Source: Squalus acanthias
Lineage: Eukaryota
Length of the DNA: 64,000 bases
Direction of reading: 5' to 3'
NCBI GenBank assembly: GCA_030390025.1
Contig: CM059440.1
Location: 22,878,001 to 22,942,000, forward strand
Shown here: positions 12,477-24,364 of the stretch, in pieces
How the letters are laid out: each line of letters begins with the position of its first letter
Numbering within the stretch: position 1 is the stretch's first letter
Notes under the pieces: generated by a model
What the model saw: only the letters and a program-made list of their open reading frames with translations
What the model was told of the DNA's origin: nothing
The model's database searches: none
Made by a program: the position numbers and the translations under genes

Positions 12477-12724
12477 CTGACAGCTGACTGGCCATTCTTT
12501 TCAATGTCACAGATGCTACCTTTGTAGCAGATTTCCCTCTCTCAAGAAATACCAGGCCGCCTGCTTCATATTTATGTTCTAATTCTTTTGAGTTGCCCAG
12601 TGGGTTTTTAACTGTAAAGTTTGCGACATATTTTGTTAGTGGGTCATCCAGAGATGTAATTTTTCCTTCCTGCCATAGTTTGTACAGCATTATAGTAGGG
12701 AATATCTTGGAAATGCTTGCAATC
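12477..12724 (-). CDS. LACTBL1: LACTBL1 coding exon containing catalytic SxxK (SISK), 248 nt
   Basis: AG/GT boundaries. (R)IASISKIFPTIMLYKLWQEGKITSLDDPL...VTLKRMASQLS(G), typical of the serine beta-lactamase fold; phases 2 and 1. Confidence 0.95.
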
Positions 12725-12879
12725 CTGAAACAAGAGAAATTTGATTAGGATTTTCACTGAGTTCAATACCACAAAACGTTTCACATTTACTGGTATTAAG
12801 AGGAATCTCACCATAAGTGCATATTTAAAAAATGAAAGTGTGCAAAAGAAGTCGAATTAAGTTTGTTTTTTCCCCATCT

Positions 12880-13860
12880 TTTTCTTCTGATGAGGAGGAA
12901 AAGGATTTGCTTCTAATTTGGACACAAGATGAGCAAACATCTCTAACAATGCATTGGCTATGGTATCTGCGGCCATGGGCACAAGAGCTACTGTATCTGG
13001 ATACCCAGGTGTGTAGTCTATCATGGTTAATATGTACCATTCCCAGAGTGACTCCTGACAGTTCAAGGAACCCACAACATCTGTATGTCCACCTTTTTTT
13101 CCACACTGTACTGACACCACAGTCTTTGCCTGACTCCAAGTCACCACTCAAGCTTTCTCTTCTATAACCAAATTAGCAACAACATGCCCATCATACAAAT
13201 GATTTCCCAGCAGAAATGGTATAGGTGTAGATGTTACTACTTCCACTCCCAACTACGAGTGGTATTCTGATCAATCCTTGGCCAACTGACCCAGTGAGAC
13301 CACGAGCAAGCATGAGCCAGCCTACTCTCTAGGTATTAGTCGTCCTGCACCAGGTGTGGTTTTACCAGTGTAAGGGTGCACCCAGTATCATGTAGTCCTT
13401 TGGTGGATCGTTTATCAACACTGAGCCTAGGAACGCTATCGTATGCCTTTGCACGCACCCCAGTTTCATGTCTTCTGAGTTGGGTTTGGCCTTCCTAATT
13501 GGGATCTGGCCCACGCCTGGACCAGTAGTTGCTCGTACTGTGCCATATTGCGCTATAGCTGGAGTACCTGAGGTCTCACCCCATGGGGTCTTGCTCTGGC
13601 GCACCTGCTGGATTTTGAAGCGGTGGACACGCATCCAACTGTCTCCTATCCAGTCGCTGGGACCCCAACACTTGTAATGTGGCATAGTGGTCTGCTCATT
13701 CACCTAACTGCTTCAGAGTCTTATGCTCCTAGTCAAGCAACCATATTCATAGATCTTCTGGAATCACTTGCAGAATTCGACTACCTCACAGAGAACAATA
13801 TAGAAACTTTCTTCTGAGCAGTTGTCAGCTTCTACCATTGACTTGTCCTGTCGGACATCT
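12880..13860 (-). mobile_element. Degraded Gypsy-type LTR retrotransposon pol relic (integrase core near 12880-13150)
   Basis: YILTMIDYTPGYPDTVALVPMAADTIANALLEMFAHL resembles the Gypsy integrase pattern YILTxVDYxTRYPEAVAL...AETVAxALLxxF. Extent beyond 13200 is uncertain. Confidence 0.65.
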
Positions 13861-13898
13861 GCCAAATACTTTTAATGTATCACATTTAAAGGGAAAAA

Positions 13899-14284
13899 AG
13901 GAAGAACTTGCATTTATATAGCGCCTTTCATGACCTCGGGACGTCCCAAAGTGCTTTACAGCCAATTAAGTACTTTTGAGGGTAGTCACTGTTGTAATGT
14001 AGGGAAACGTGGCAGCCAAGTTGCACACAGCAAGGTGCCACAAATAGAAATGTGATAATGACCAGATAATCTGTTTTAGTTGGTTGAGGAATAAATGTTG
14101 GCCAGAACACCAGGAGAACTCCCCTGATCTTCTTCAAATAACGCCATGAGATTGTTTATGTCCACCTGAGGGGGCAGATGGGGCCTCGGTTTAATGTCGG
14201 ATCCAAAACACAGCACCTCTGTCAGTGCAGCACTGCACTAAAATGTCAGCCTGGAGTATGTGCTCAAGTCTCTGGTGTGGGGCT
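13899..14284 (-). mobile_element. SacSINE1-like Deu-SINE
   Basis: Reverse complement of the 20700 copy (Deu domain and GGCGCTATATAAATGCAAG tail). Confidence 0.85.
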
Positions 14285-14290
14285 TGATTT

Positions 14291-14540
14291 CCCATCTGCC
14301 CTCTCAGGTGGACGTAAAAGATCCCATGGTACTATTCACAGAAGACCAGGGGAGCTCTCCCGGTGTCCAACACTTATCCCTCAATCAACATCCACCTTGT
14401 GGGACCTTGCTGTGACCAAATTGGCTGCTGCGTTTCCTACATCACAACAGTAACTACACCTCGAAAGTACTTCGTTGACTTTGGGATGTCCGGGGGTGGT
14501 GAAAGGTGCTACTATATAGAAATACAAGTTCTTTCTTTCT
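14291..14540 (+). mobile_element. SacSINE1-like Deu-SINE, 3' part
   Basis: CTCTCAGGTGGACGTAAAAGATCCCATGG...AAATTGGCTGCTGCGTTTCCTACAT. Confidence 0.85.
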
Positions 14541-16296
14541 TACAACAGTCTCTGCACTTTAAAGTAATTGATGGTGTGTGAAATGCTTTGAGATGTTTTT
14601 GATAAATATGAGTGTTTTACAGATGCAAATCCTTATTTCTTTCAAATCGATGCAAGTTCAGTAATTACACTATGGCTTCAGTTAGCCATTTTGTCTGCAA
14701 CTGTAACATCCAATATCGCCCTGCAGTAACTTTATAGAATGATTATTATGATTGTTGCAAACATTTTCAGATTTTTCACCTTCGTTTACCAGCAGTAAAT
14801 TAACTTACAGGAAACAGAATGATACTGTACTTAGTGTAATAAGTAACACTGTGAACGGCAATTAGAGCACCTCAGGGAATAATATTGCTCATTGCTGCAT
14901 GAGTCACAGCGCATAATAGTCTGAGAATGCACCTCGTGGGGAAAACAGGTCCTGGCCACAGAGGGAGTGGAAAAAGAAACACAAGGTAGAAAAGAAGGGA
15001 GGAAAATGAAAAGAAGGATAAAGAAAAGCTTTGCCACATGACATTTCTTTACAAATTACTTACAATGGAAATCAAAGGTAATACATGGATGCAGATTAGT
15101 GACTGCCCAAAGAGAAGGAAGCAGAGGTTGGCTGTAAGGGGGGATGGATCGAAATGGAAGGAGATATTGAGTGAGGTTCCCCGGGGATCTTTGTTGTGAT
15201 TTTCTCTCTCTGGTATACCGAAGTGACCTGGATGTGATGTCTCACTTCAAGCTAATTAAGTGCACAGATGACGCCAAGCCAGGGTGCGTTGTGGCCTCAG
15301 GAGCGCCACCGGGTACGAGCTTCAGCTGATCAAAGGAAAATGAAGTTCAATACATTCAGACAGAAAAACCAGAAAGTAGGTGGACTACTTGGGTGGAAAA
15401 AGGACCTGCCGATGGAAAGCTGAAGCAAACGTGGCGGCGGGGGTGGGGGCTGACAGGGGAGCAATTGTCAATCATTGCATACAAGCAATGTGAGGGGGGA
15501 AAAAACCTCAACTGAATACAATGACTTGATGAGATAATGGCTCTTCAACCTCAAAATGGATTGGCGCGAAGGGGACATTATAGAGGTGTGAAGCTGCTCT
15601 CGAGTCCTGGCCAGAACACTGTATATCAGTGACGTAAGAAAACTACTAGGCACTTGGTCTAAGCGTTAAACAAAGCTTTAATCAACTGTTTTTCAACATG
15701 GAGGTCTAGTTGTGTCCTTTTCTAGTTCCTGTCAAGGAATGTCCTGAGCAAGCTGGGCCCATGCCCGAGTATTTATACTCTCCCTGGACAGCACCACCAG
15801 CAGGCCGCCCAGTATTATTTCATAAGTCATTTCCACATGAATGACAAGATTCATATCAATCAGATCATTAACAAAACAGAGAAAGTAAACCCAGAACAAT
15901 AATTTAAGATACGACATGGCCGTGGGATAAGAGGGAACAGGTTCAGGATTCTGAAGGGCAAGTTTAGCATAAATGCCAAGAAGCTGCGAGGGGCTGTCAC
16001 GAAAGATGGTTTAGACGACTGGTTTCATTTAAGAAACAGCTGGTACTGCAATGGGAAGATGGTAGGGTTGGTATTCTGAGACACCAATGGGCTGAAGGAC
16101 CTCCTTCATCCAAACCTATCTTGTGATTTGTGAAATAACAAAATCTTTTGTAAATAAACGGCACCTTTACACTTACGGAGTTGCTACAGGTAAAGGTGCC
16201 TTAAATAAGCGAATGCAATTCTGCACTGGATCATTTGTCATGGAAAGTAAGATTGGTCTAAGGTGTCAGAAAGCACAGCTGGATGTGTAAAGTTAC

Positions 16297-16454
16297 CTGT
16301 AAGCAGTATATTCATTTGGTGGAGGCGAAAACTCGTCTGATGCATTTCTTTTCCCAAAATTTCCAGTCCACAGCACAGTATCATTATAGATTACAATAGC
16401 TGAAATGGATGGCAGCCTCATTGGATGTATTTGATGGCGTAAAAGAAAGTCAAC
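16297..16454 (-). CDS. LACTBL1: LACTBL1 coding exon (158 nt)
   Basis: TTTTTTCAG acceptor and GTAAC donor. VDFLLRHQIHPMRLPSISAIVIYNDTVLWTGNFGKRN...PPNEYTAY(R); phases 0 and 2. Confidence 0.93.
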
Positions 16455-17174
16455 CTGAAAAAAAGTCCACATTTGCCTAACTTTTATTTGTGAATATTCA
16501 AAGAGAAATATAATTTTGGTAATAACATGCAATGAAAAATATAACTCCTGAGTGAATGGGGTAGATCTTGACTCTGTGCGACAGTGTAAAATGGGCGATG
16601 GCGAGTCAACAGCCTGTTTTACATCTCTCCCCATTTTAATTTCCATTGAAGTGTTTCACCTTTCATTATTTTAAAGACTTATATCATGTCTCCCCTCAGT
16701 CTTCTTTCTTCCTGCTCACCTTTCTCTGAATCCTTTCTAACAAATCCTTTTGTGATTTCCATTGGCTAGATGCTTTCAAGCATTGATTTATGAACATTCC
16801 CCAATCCTTTTATTTATCAGCCTTTGCCGGTAGAGACTTTTTCATGTTATCTCAATCGCAAAGTTCCATTAACCTAACTAAAAACAGAACCCTTTCATAT
16901 TATACTTATATTTGCTTTTAAAGTCTATCTGCCATATTGCAACCCAGTTACATAATGAATCTTTGCATTTTACTTGTTATCTACTCACATAGCTCCATGT
17001 CATTGGCAAATATAACAGCACTATTACAGTTCCATATCATTCACAAGTATTAGTCCCAATCTTGTGCTCCCAACAATATTTGTGCCAAGGCAAAGCGAAC
17101 CCACAGCACATTGTGTAGACTGCATGCAATTGTGTGGGTTCAAGTCATATGAATAATTGGTATAGGCTCTTTGT

Positions 17175-17622
17175 ACCAGCAACACCATCCAGGACGAAGC
17201 AGCCCGCGTGATTGGCGCCCCATCCACCACCTTAAGCATTCACCCCCTCCACCACCGGCGTACTGTGGCTGCAGTGTGTGCCATCTACAAGATGCACTGC
17301 AGCAACTCGCCAAGGCTTCTTCGACAGCACCTCCCAAACCCGCGACCTCTACCACCTAGAAGGACAAGAGCAGCAGGCTCATGGGAACACCATCACCTCC
17401 AAGTCACACACCATCTGACTTGGAAGAATCGTCATTCCTTCATAGTTGCTGGGTCAAAAGCCTGGAACTCCCGACCTAACAGCACTGTGGGAGTACCTTC
17501 ACCACACGGACTGCAGCGGTTCAAGAAGGTGGCTCACCACTACCTTCTCAAGGGCAGTTAGGGATGGGCAATAAATGCTGATCTTGCCAGCGATGCCCAC
17601 ATCCCAGGAACAAATTTAAAAA
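17175..17622 (+). mobile_element. LINE 3' end (CR1/Jockey-group; exact clade unassigned)
   Basis: HPLHHRRTVAAVCAIYKMH...SFIVAGSKAWNSRP...LQRFKKVAHHYLLKG and tail TAGGGATGGGCAATAAATGCTG...GCCCACATCCC. The same tail occurs on the minus strand at 55365-55430. Confidence 0.75.
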
Positions 17623-18280
17623 AACCTAATGAACATGGAGTAAATCTGGCTAGCAACTCAAATTTAAAGGGACGTGCCTACATAAAGGCTGAACAGGCAG
17701 CCAAATATTGTTTCAGTCTTTATAAAGCTTCAAAATGGGTTTGAAAAATTCCTCAGCCCTTGCCAAAGCTGTATGGCAAGGGGTGGGGGGAGAGGGGAAC
17801 AAATACCAGGCAAAAATGAAGGGAAAGCAAACCCAATATGTAGGCATGAAATGAAGTCTATGGGCAAGAGATGGGGCGATGCAGAACGTGGCCTCCCATT
17901 TTATGGTTGGTGAAATGGAGCATGAAGTGGGTGTAGGGAGGGTTACCCTGTTTGGCAATGCAGGGCAGCCACCCCAGAGGACAGCAGTGCAACATGTCTG
18001 GCAGTTGATGGTGGTCAGATGTAACTGTCTGTATAACACATGGCTGCCAACTACAATACTCTTCATTTTTGAGAACCTTGTCTCCCAGGAAAAGTTCTGT
18101 GCCCTGTCTATCTGCTGCTTCCTCTCTGCAGGGAATGTGATGTTGCCCCTTACAAACAAGGCCTCTGTCACTTGTTGGATACATTTGTTGTGTCTGATAA
18201 ATTTAATGGAGTCCTTTCAGGAAATGGTAGAGTGTATTGATGAAGGAAATGCAGTTGATGTTGTGTATATGGATTTTCGA

Positions 18281-18641
18281 AAGAAAAGAAAGACTTGCAT
18301 TTATATAGCGCCTTTCACGACCACCGGACGTCTCAAAGCGCTTTACAGCCAGTGAATTACTTTTTGAAGTGTAGTCACTGTTGTAATGTAGGAAACGCGG
18401 CAGCCAATTTGTGCACAGCAAGCTCCCACAAACAGTAATGTGATAATGACCAGATAATCTGTTTTAGTGATGTTGATTGAGGGATAAATATTGGCCAGGA
18501 CACCCGGGATAACTCCCCTGCTCTTCTTCGAAATAGTGCCATGGAATCTTTTACGTCCACCTGAGAGCAGAAGGGGCCTTGAAAGACGGCACCTCCGACA
18601 GTGCAGTACTCCCTCAGTACTGCACTGGAGCGTCAGCCTAG
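18281..18641 (-). mobile_element. SacSINE1-like Deu-SINE nested in an older plus-strand CR1 RT relic (about 18180-19020)
   Basis: CR1 'GNAVDVVYMDF(R)K' is interrupted by the SINE tail and resumes (GCGTTTTATAAG) after 18641. Confidence 0.85.
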
Positions 18642-19027
18642 AGGCGTTTTATAAGATGCTACATAAGAGAGCTTCTTGATAAAATTAAGGCAGACAATTT
18701 TAATTGGAATGTGATACCATGGATGGGAGTTTTAAGGGACAGTAAACAGAGAGCAGTGATTAATGAATGATTTATGGACAGGAGGGATGTAAACAGTGGT
18801 GTTCCTCACGCATCAATGTTGGGACAAATGCTCTTCTCACTGTATAAATAAATGGCCTGGACTTGAGTATAGGATATCAAAATTGACAGATGAGACAGAA
18901 ATAGAAAGCATGGTTGACTGTGAAGAGGATTGTATGTGACTTTTGGAAGACATAAACAGGTTAGTTGACTGGGCAGATAAATATTGGAATAAATTTAATG
19001 TGGAAAAATGTGAGTTAATATATTTTA

Positions 19028-19416
19028 CATAAGAACATAAGAAACAAGAGCAGGCGTAGGCCATACGGCCCCTCGAGCCTGCTCCGCCATTCAATAATAT
19101 CACGGCTGATCATCGACCTCAACTCCACTTTCCCGCCCGATCTCCATATCCCTTGATTCCCCTCAGAATATACTCAAAGGCGCAGCATCCACAGCCCTCT
19201 GGGGCAGAGAATTCCAAAGATTCGCCACCCTCTGAGTGAAGAAATTCCTCCTCATCTCGGTCTTAAATGGCCGACCCCTTATCCTGAGAATATGCCCCCT
19301 AGTTCTAGACACTCCAGCCAGGGGAAACAACCTCTCAGCACCTGCCCTGTCAATCCCCTTCAGAATCTTGTATGTTTCAATGAGATCACCTCTCATTCTT
19401 CTAAACTCCAGAGAAT
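19028..19416 (-). mobile_element. CR1 LINE 3' fragment
   Basis: [17 protein letters not shown]...RNFFTQRVANLWNSLPQ; (CATAAGAA)n tail. Confidence 0.9.
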
Positions 19417-19519
19417 ATTAAGAAGAAACATACACTTAAAGGTAAAACTTTGAAAGGAGTAAAGGAGTAGATAGACTTAGGAATTTCATACACGAATCTT
19501 GATTGCACAGCGCCTTCTA

Positions 19520-19795
19520 CAGGGTCACCGGCCTAGTGGTCCTGATACTGGACTAGCAATCCCACTGTCGTAAGTTGTGAAACTGAATTCAATAAATGTT
19601 GTAATTTGTGGGTTAGCACCAGAATAAAAGTGATCACGAAAGCTGCTGGATGGTTGTGAAAACCCAACTGATTCATTTCCTTCAGGGTTACGTTATTATG
19701 TGGTTGAATCTTGATGCCCTCAAGGAACTAGGGATGGGCCAGAAATGCCGCCTTGCTGGTGTTGCCCACATCCGAAGAAATATATTAAAAAAAAA
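19520..19795 (+). mobile_element. Degraded SINE sharing its 3' tail with the LINE at 17175
   Basis: tRNA-like start GGCCTAGTGGT..ACTGGACTAG and tail CTAGGGATGGGC...GCCCACATCC followed by an A-rich stretch. Confidence 0.6.
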
Positions 19796-20312
19796 TAAAC
19801 TCACCCGCCCACCACCTCCACTTGCAGATCAGAAGGATGTGCTGAGTCACGTCAGTGACAGTGACCCCCACATCCACTGCCATACAGTAGTTCCAATCCA
19901 TGCCACACGTAAATCTTCAAAGTAATTGACAGAATGATAATTCCTAAAGCAACAGTTTCTACTGTTACTTTTTTTTTTTACAATTCTGAGGTTTTGTGTA
20001 AAATATAAATTGGTAAGTTAAAGTTACCTCTTTCCACGTTGAACAAATCCCCATCTAATTAAAATTGAATTTCTAATTTTTCACTGGGAAATGTCAGATC
20101 TGGCTCCGTGATTGAACACACAGTTTTCTCTCTATTTTTGTTTTTGCTTCTTTCTGGCTATTGTTTCAACTTTGTGTTATTCTGCCAAAAATGAGCACCC
20201 TTCCAAAGATGAGCAGTTAGTGTAAAATTCTAAGTTGACCAGAATCTTGCCCTTAATTCTAGATTTTCCAAATTTCTTTTAACGCCAGGCGCACTATTTG
20301 TTATTTACTAAC

Positions 20313-20422
20313 CTTTTCGAGAGCTTCTTTTAGAATCGGCATGGGATGCACCAACGGCACAGGTTTGGGATGCCTGGGGCACATTTGGACTGGTTTGGGC
20401 TCTTTAGACAAAGTAAATTCAC
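20313..20422 (-). CDS. LACTBL1: LACTBL1 coding exon (110 nt)
   Basis: TTTCAG acceptor and GTTAGT donor. (S)EFTLSKEPKPVQMCPRHPKPVPLVHPMPILKEALEK; phases 1 and 0. Confidence 0.92.
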
Positions 20423-20697
20423 CTGAAATAAACAGAAAAATAACACAGCGAGGAAGATTTAATTTTAGACAATATTCATTTGGAGGACTCACATTCCGAG
20501 AAAATAACATTGTTAACTGAGCAGTGAACATAATATTTCATTCAATTAAGTATTCAGCTTGAGGATGGGGCAGTGGTGGAGGACAGCTCACAAGTGAAGA
20601 GGAGCAAACGGAGGTAGTGGCAGGGAAAACACTCAGTAGTTACCTAGGCTTTCTGTCTGAGACAACTGTGGGCAGGAAACTGGTACCCTATTGTGCT

Positions 20698-21150
20698 GGT
20701 TAGCTGTGGCTCAGTTGGTAGCACTCTCGCCTCTGAGTCAGAAGGTCGTGGGTTCAAGTCCCACCCCAGAGACTTGAGCACAGAAATCTAGGTTGACACT
20801 CCGGTTGTACTGAGGGAGCAGTACTGAGGGAATGCTGAACTGTTGGAGGTGCCATCTTTCAGATGAGATGTTAAACTGAGACGTAAAAGATCCTACAGCA
20901 CTATTTCAAAGAAGAGCAGGGGATTATCCCCGGTGTCCTGGGCCAATATTTATACCCTCAATCAACATCACTAAAACAGATTATCTGGCCATTATCACAT
21001 TGCTGTTTGTGGGCGCTTGCAGTATGCAAATTGGCTGCTGTGTTTCCTACATTACAACAGTGACTGCACTCCAAAAAGCAGTTCATTGACTGTGGGACAT
21101 CCTGGGGTCATGAAAGGCGCCATATAAATGCAAGACCTTCTTTCTTTTTT
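20698..21150 (+). mobile_element. Near full-length SacSINE1-like Deu-SINE
   Basis: A box TGGCTCAGTTGG, B box GGTTCAAGTCC, Deu-type central domain and an L2-like tail ending in T-rich sequence. Confidence 0.9.
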
Positions 21151-21215
21151 GCAACAACACTAATGGCGATACTAAACCTCAGCTCCAAATAATTGACCAA
21201 CCTCCTTTCACTTAC

Positions 21216-21360
21216 TCGTGTCTATCTTTGGGAGTTTGTACTGCCACACGAAGCAGCAAGTCATGGTGATGGAGACGAGTATAAAGAAAGCCATTCCAAG
21301 ATGTGGCCATTTCAAATCCATAATGAGGCCTTTCCTCACACCTTGCCCATCGGGACACTG
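21216..21360 (-). CDS. LACTBL1: LACTBL1 exon encoding hydrophobic signal/anchor; internal ATG at 21321, frame open from the acceptor at 21360
   Basis: TTTTGTAG acceptor and GTAAGT donor. QCPDGQGVRKGLI-MDLKWPHLGMAFFILVSITMTCCFVWQYKLPKIDT; phase 1 matches the next exon. Not in the ORF track. Confidence 0.9.
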
Positions 21361-22539
21361 CTACAAAACAAGAACACAGATTATAAACACATCTCCTATT
21401 GCGTCCTGCGAGGCTGATGACTACCTTAGGATGATAACATTCCTACTTATTTCTAAATTCTAAAGGAAACTCCTCTAGGATCTGGAAGTGTACTTGCTTT
21501 CCAGAACTACTTGCTCGTGACCAGTTCAAAAGTTCACAGCAGTCTTTAGCCTCACTACGTGAACTGCAGCGACTGCCTGAGATTGCGGTGCAGCGGAAAT
21601 AAAGAATCCAGTGTAGCAAGGGTCAACTTGTTACATGTCACTGACATGCCATTGAACCAGTGGATGACTGATAAAGGTCGAGTCAGCCTCTCTTTAATTT
21701 GGACACGCGTACACATATTTGGCGCTTTGCACAGCTTCGTACACTTCTTATGCAAATGAAATGAAAGGAACGCCTCCCATCAGAATGAATAAATGGGAGG
21801 CTGCAGCTTAGGTATGCCCAGTGATAACACCGATTCATATCTGCCAACCTCCAAACTCGGAAAAGCTGACAAACAACTTCAAAACAGCTTGTACACCCCA
21901 AAAAGCTGACACCTCAAAAAACAATGTGCGGGTTTAAAGCAGCCCTGATGAAAGGCCAATGACCAAGGCCACTCGTTCAAGGTGACTTTTTATTACGTTG
22001 GAGCTCATGACTTTTATTAACGTTTTCGCATTCCGCAATTCAATTTGTTTTTTTGGGTGGAAACTAAAACCCAATTACCTCACGCATGACATATGAAAAG
22101 AAGTAGTTACAATGGGAGTGCAGTGGGAGGTGAACGTGTCATGATTTGTGCTGCAGGTATACCCAATTATTCATATTATAGGGAAAACTGAAGTACATAA
22201 AAGTGCAAATTTAGCAGGACCGGATTTAGAAAGGGGAATGTGAGCTCTGAAAGTGCAAAATTTATTTCCGAGGAGTTCTGAGAGCATGCCCTCCTCCCAG
22301 AAAGTGTTGGTTTCTGACACTTTTTACATGCTTCTAACAGCATTTAGAAGTGTACTGTGGACCCAGGCCTATTGCAATGAATCATGAGCAATTTTGTCAG
22401 TGTCAAAGATTGCCTACATTCAGTATTGAATAGCTGTTTGATCTAACATAATAATTGATCTACCGCTTTAGTTTCAGGATCGCTCGGGATGGAGGTGTTT
22501 CCAAGCCACCTTGACAGAGATCAAAGAAAAGGCTCCTGA

Positions 22540-23577
22540 TACATTTTGGTAGGAAGAACGAGGAGAGGCAATATAAACTAAAGGGTCCAATCCTAAAGGG
22601 GGTGCATGAACAGAGAGACCTGGGGGTATATATGCACTAATTGTTGAAGGTGGCAGGGCAGGTTGAGAAAACGGTTAAAAAAGCATACGGGATCCTGGGC
22701 TTCATAAATAGAGGCATAGCGCACAAAAGCAAGGAAGTTATGATGAACCTTTATAGAACACTGGTTTGGCCTCAACTGGAGTAATTGTGTCCAATTCTGG
22801 GCACCGCACTTTAGGAAGGATGTGAAGGCCTTAGAGAGGGTGCAGAAAAGATTTACAAGAATGATTCCAGGGATGAGGGACTTCAGTTACGTGGCTAGAC
22901 TAGAGAAGCTGGGGTTGTTCTCCTTACAACAACAACAACTTGTATTTATATAGCGCCTTTAACGTAGTAAAATGTCCCAAGGCACTGCACAGGAGTATTT
23001 TAAGACAAAAAATTTGACTCCAATCCACATAAGGATAAATTAGGGTGGGTGACCAAAAGCTTGGTCAAAGAGGTAGGTTTTAAGGAGCGTCTTAAAGGAG
23101 GAAAGAGAGGTAGCGAGGCGGAGAGGTTTAGGCAGGGAATTCCAGAGCTTAGGGCCTAGGCAACAGAAGATTAGAGCAGAGAAGATTGAGAGGAGATTTG
23201 ATAGAGGTATTCAAAATTATGAGGGGTCTAGACAAGAGTAGATAGCGAGAAACAGTTCCCATTGGCTGAAAGGTCGAGAACCAGAGGACACAGACTTAAG
23301 GTGATTGGCAAAAGAACCAAATGCGACATGAGGAAAAACTTTTTTACGCAGCGAGTGGTTAGGATCTGGAATGCACTGCCTGAAAGGGTGGTGGAGGCAG
23401 ATTCAATCATGGCTTTCAAAAGGGAATTGGATACGTACCTGAAGGAAAAAAATTTGCAGGGCTACGGGGAAAGGGCGGAGGAGTGGGACTAGCTGAGGTG
23501 CTCTTGCAGAGAGCCGGCACGGGCTCGACGGGCCGAATGGCCTCCTGCTGTGTTGTAACCATTCTATGATTCTATGA
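22540..23577 (+). mobile_element. CR1 LINE 3' fragment interrupted by an L2 tail
   Basis: RPQLE..VQFWAP..RKDVKALERVQKRFTRMIPG and FFTQRVVRIWNALPERVVEA; tail (ATTCTATG)n. Confidence 0.9.
22927..23170 (-). mobile_element. L2 3' fragment nested in CR1
   Basis: (CAA)n tail plus L2 3' sequence splits the CR1 string TTCTCCTTA|GAGCAG, with TTA duplicated. Confidence 0.85.
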
Positions 23578-24364
23578 GACCTGTCAAAAGGGGACAGGAG
23601 CATTGATTGGCTGGTGTTCTCTTTGATGGGTAGCTCAGAGACATCCCATTACAGAATTACTTTAATCAGTCTGCAGCCTGTGTTTGAGTGTTGCGGCCAA
23701 CAGTTGCAAAGCTATAATGTTTTATAAAATTCTGCACCGTGTAAAAGAGAATTAGGCCAGACAGCAGCTATGGTAAGTAAATTTCCATTTTAGGTCTATG
23801 TTTAGAGAGAAAGCAAGTGGCATTTTTAATATTTCATTTATTGAGGTGGCTAGAGAAATATGTAGTTCATTGTGTTATACTGCTTACTGTTCATTTATCT
23901 GCCTTATGAAAAAAAAACATTTGTTCCAAGACTCAGATTGGTAATAGCATGTATCCAATCTGCTTTCGAAGAGAGAAGAACAGCGTGGTGGCATGTGATA
24001 CATTCCAGTAGCTGGTGTACAAAGGGAGAGATCTCTGTTACGATCCCTGGGTCTCACTATTGTTTACATAGATACTGGGCAGGAAAAGGTACACTCCTCC
24101 TTCTGCTGAGAAAACGCAATCTATTAAGGTGGCTGGTGGGATGGAATGGAGGGATCTGATGTACTTCAAAGTTCTGTAATGCATTCTTTTGATTAGTTTG
24201 ACTTACAGGGGCGCATAAATGATTGGTGTGTGGACATCATTGCATCAGCGCACAGTATGTGAAAAAGGGTCCCCTCTTCTAAGTCACAGCGACAATACTT
24301 ACCTTCCAGCAAGTAGCCTAATTTAGCTGCACTAACAGCGTGTAACAGAATCTGTGGAGAACAT

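Noticed and set aside
20703-20770. tRNA genes (also 44753-44825, 33440-33512, 38085-38145)
   Set aside because: These are tRNA-derived SINE heads continuing into SINE bodies; there is no complete acceptor stem.
24303-24351. Extra 49-nt LACTBL1 exon (TCTCCACAG / GTAAGT)
   Set aside because: Splice signals are good, but it would shift the frame, its acceptor abuts an L2 tail, and there is no independent support.
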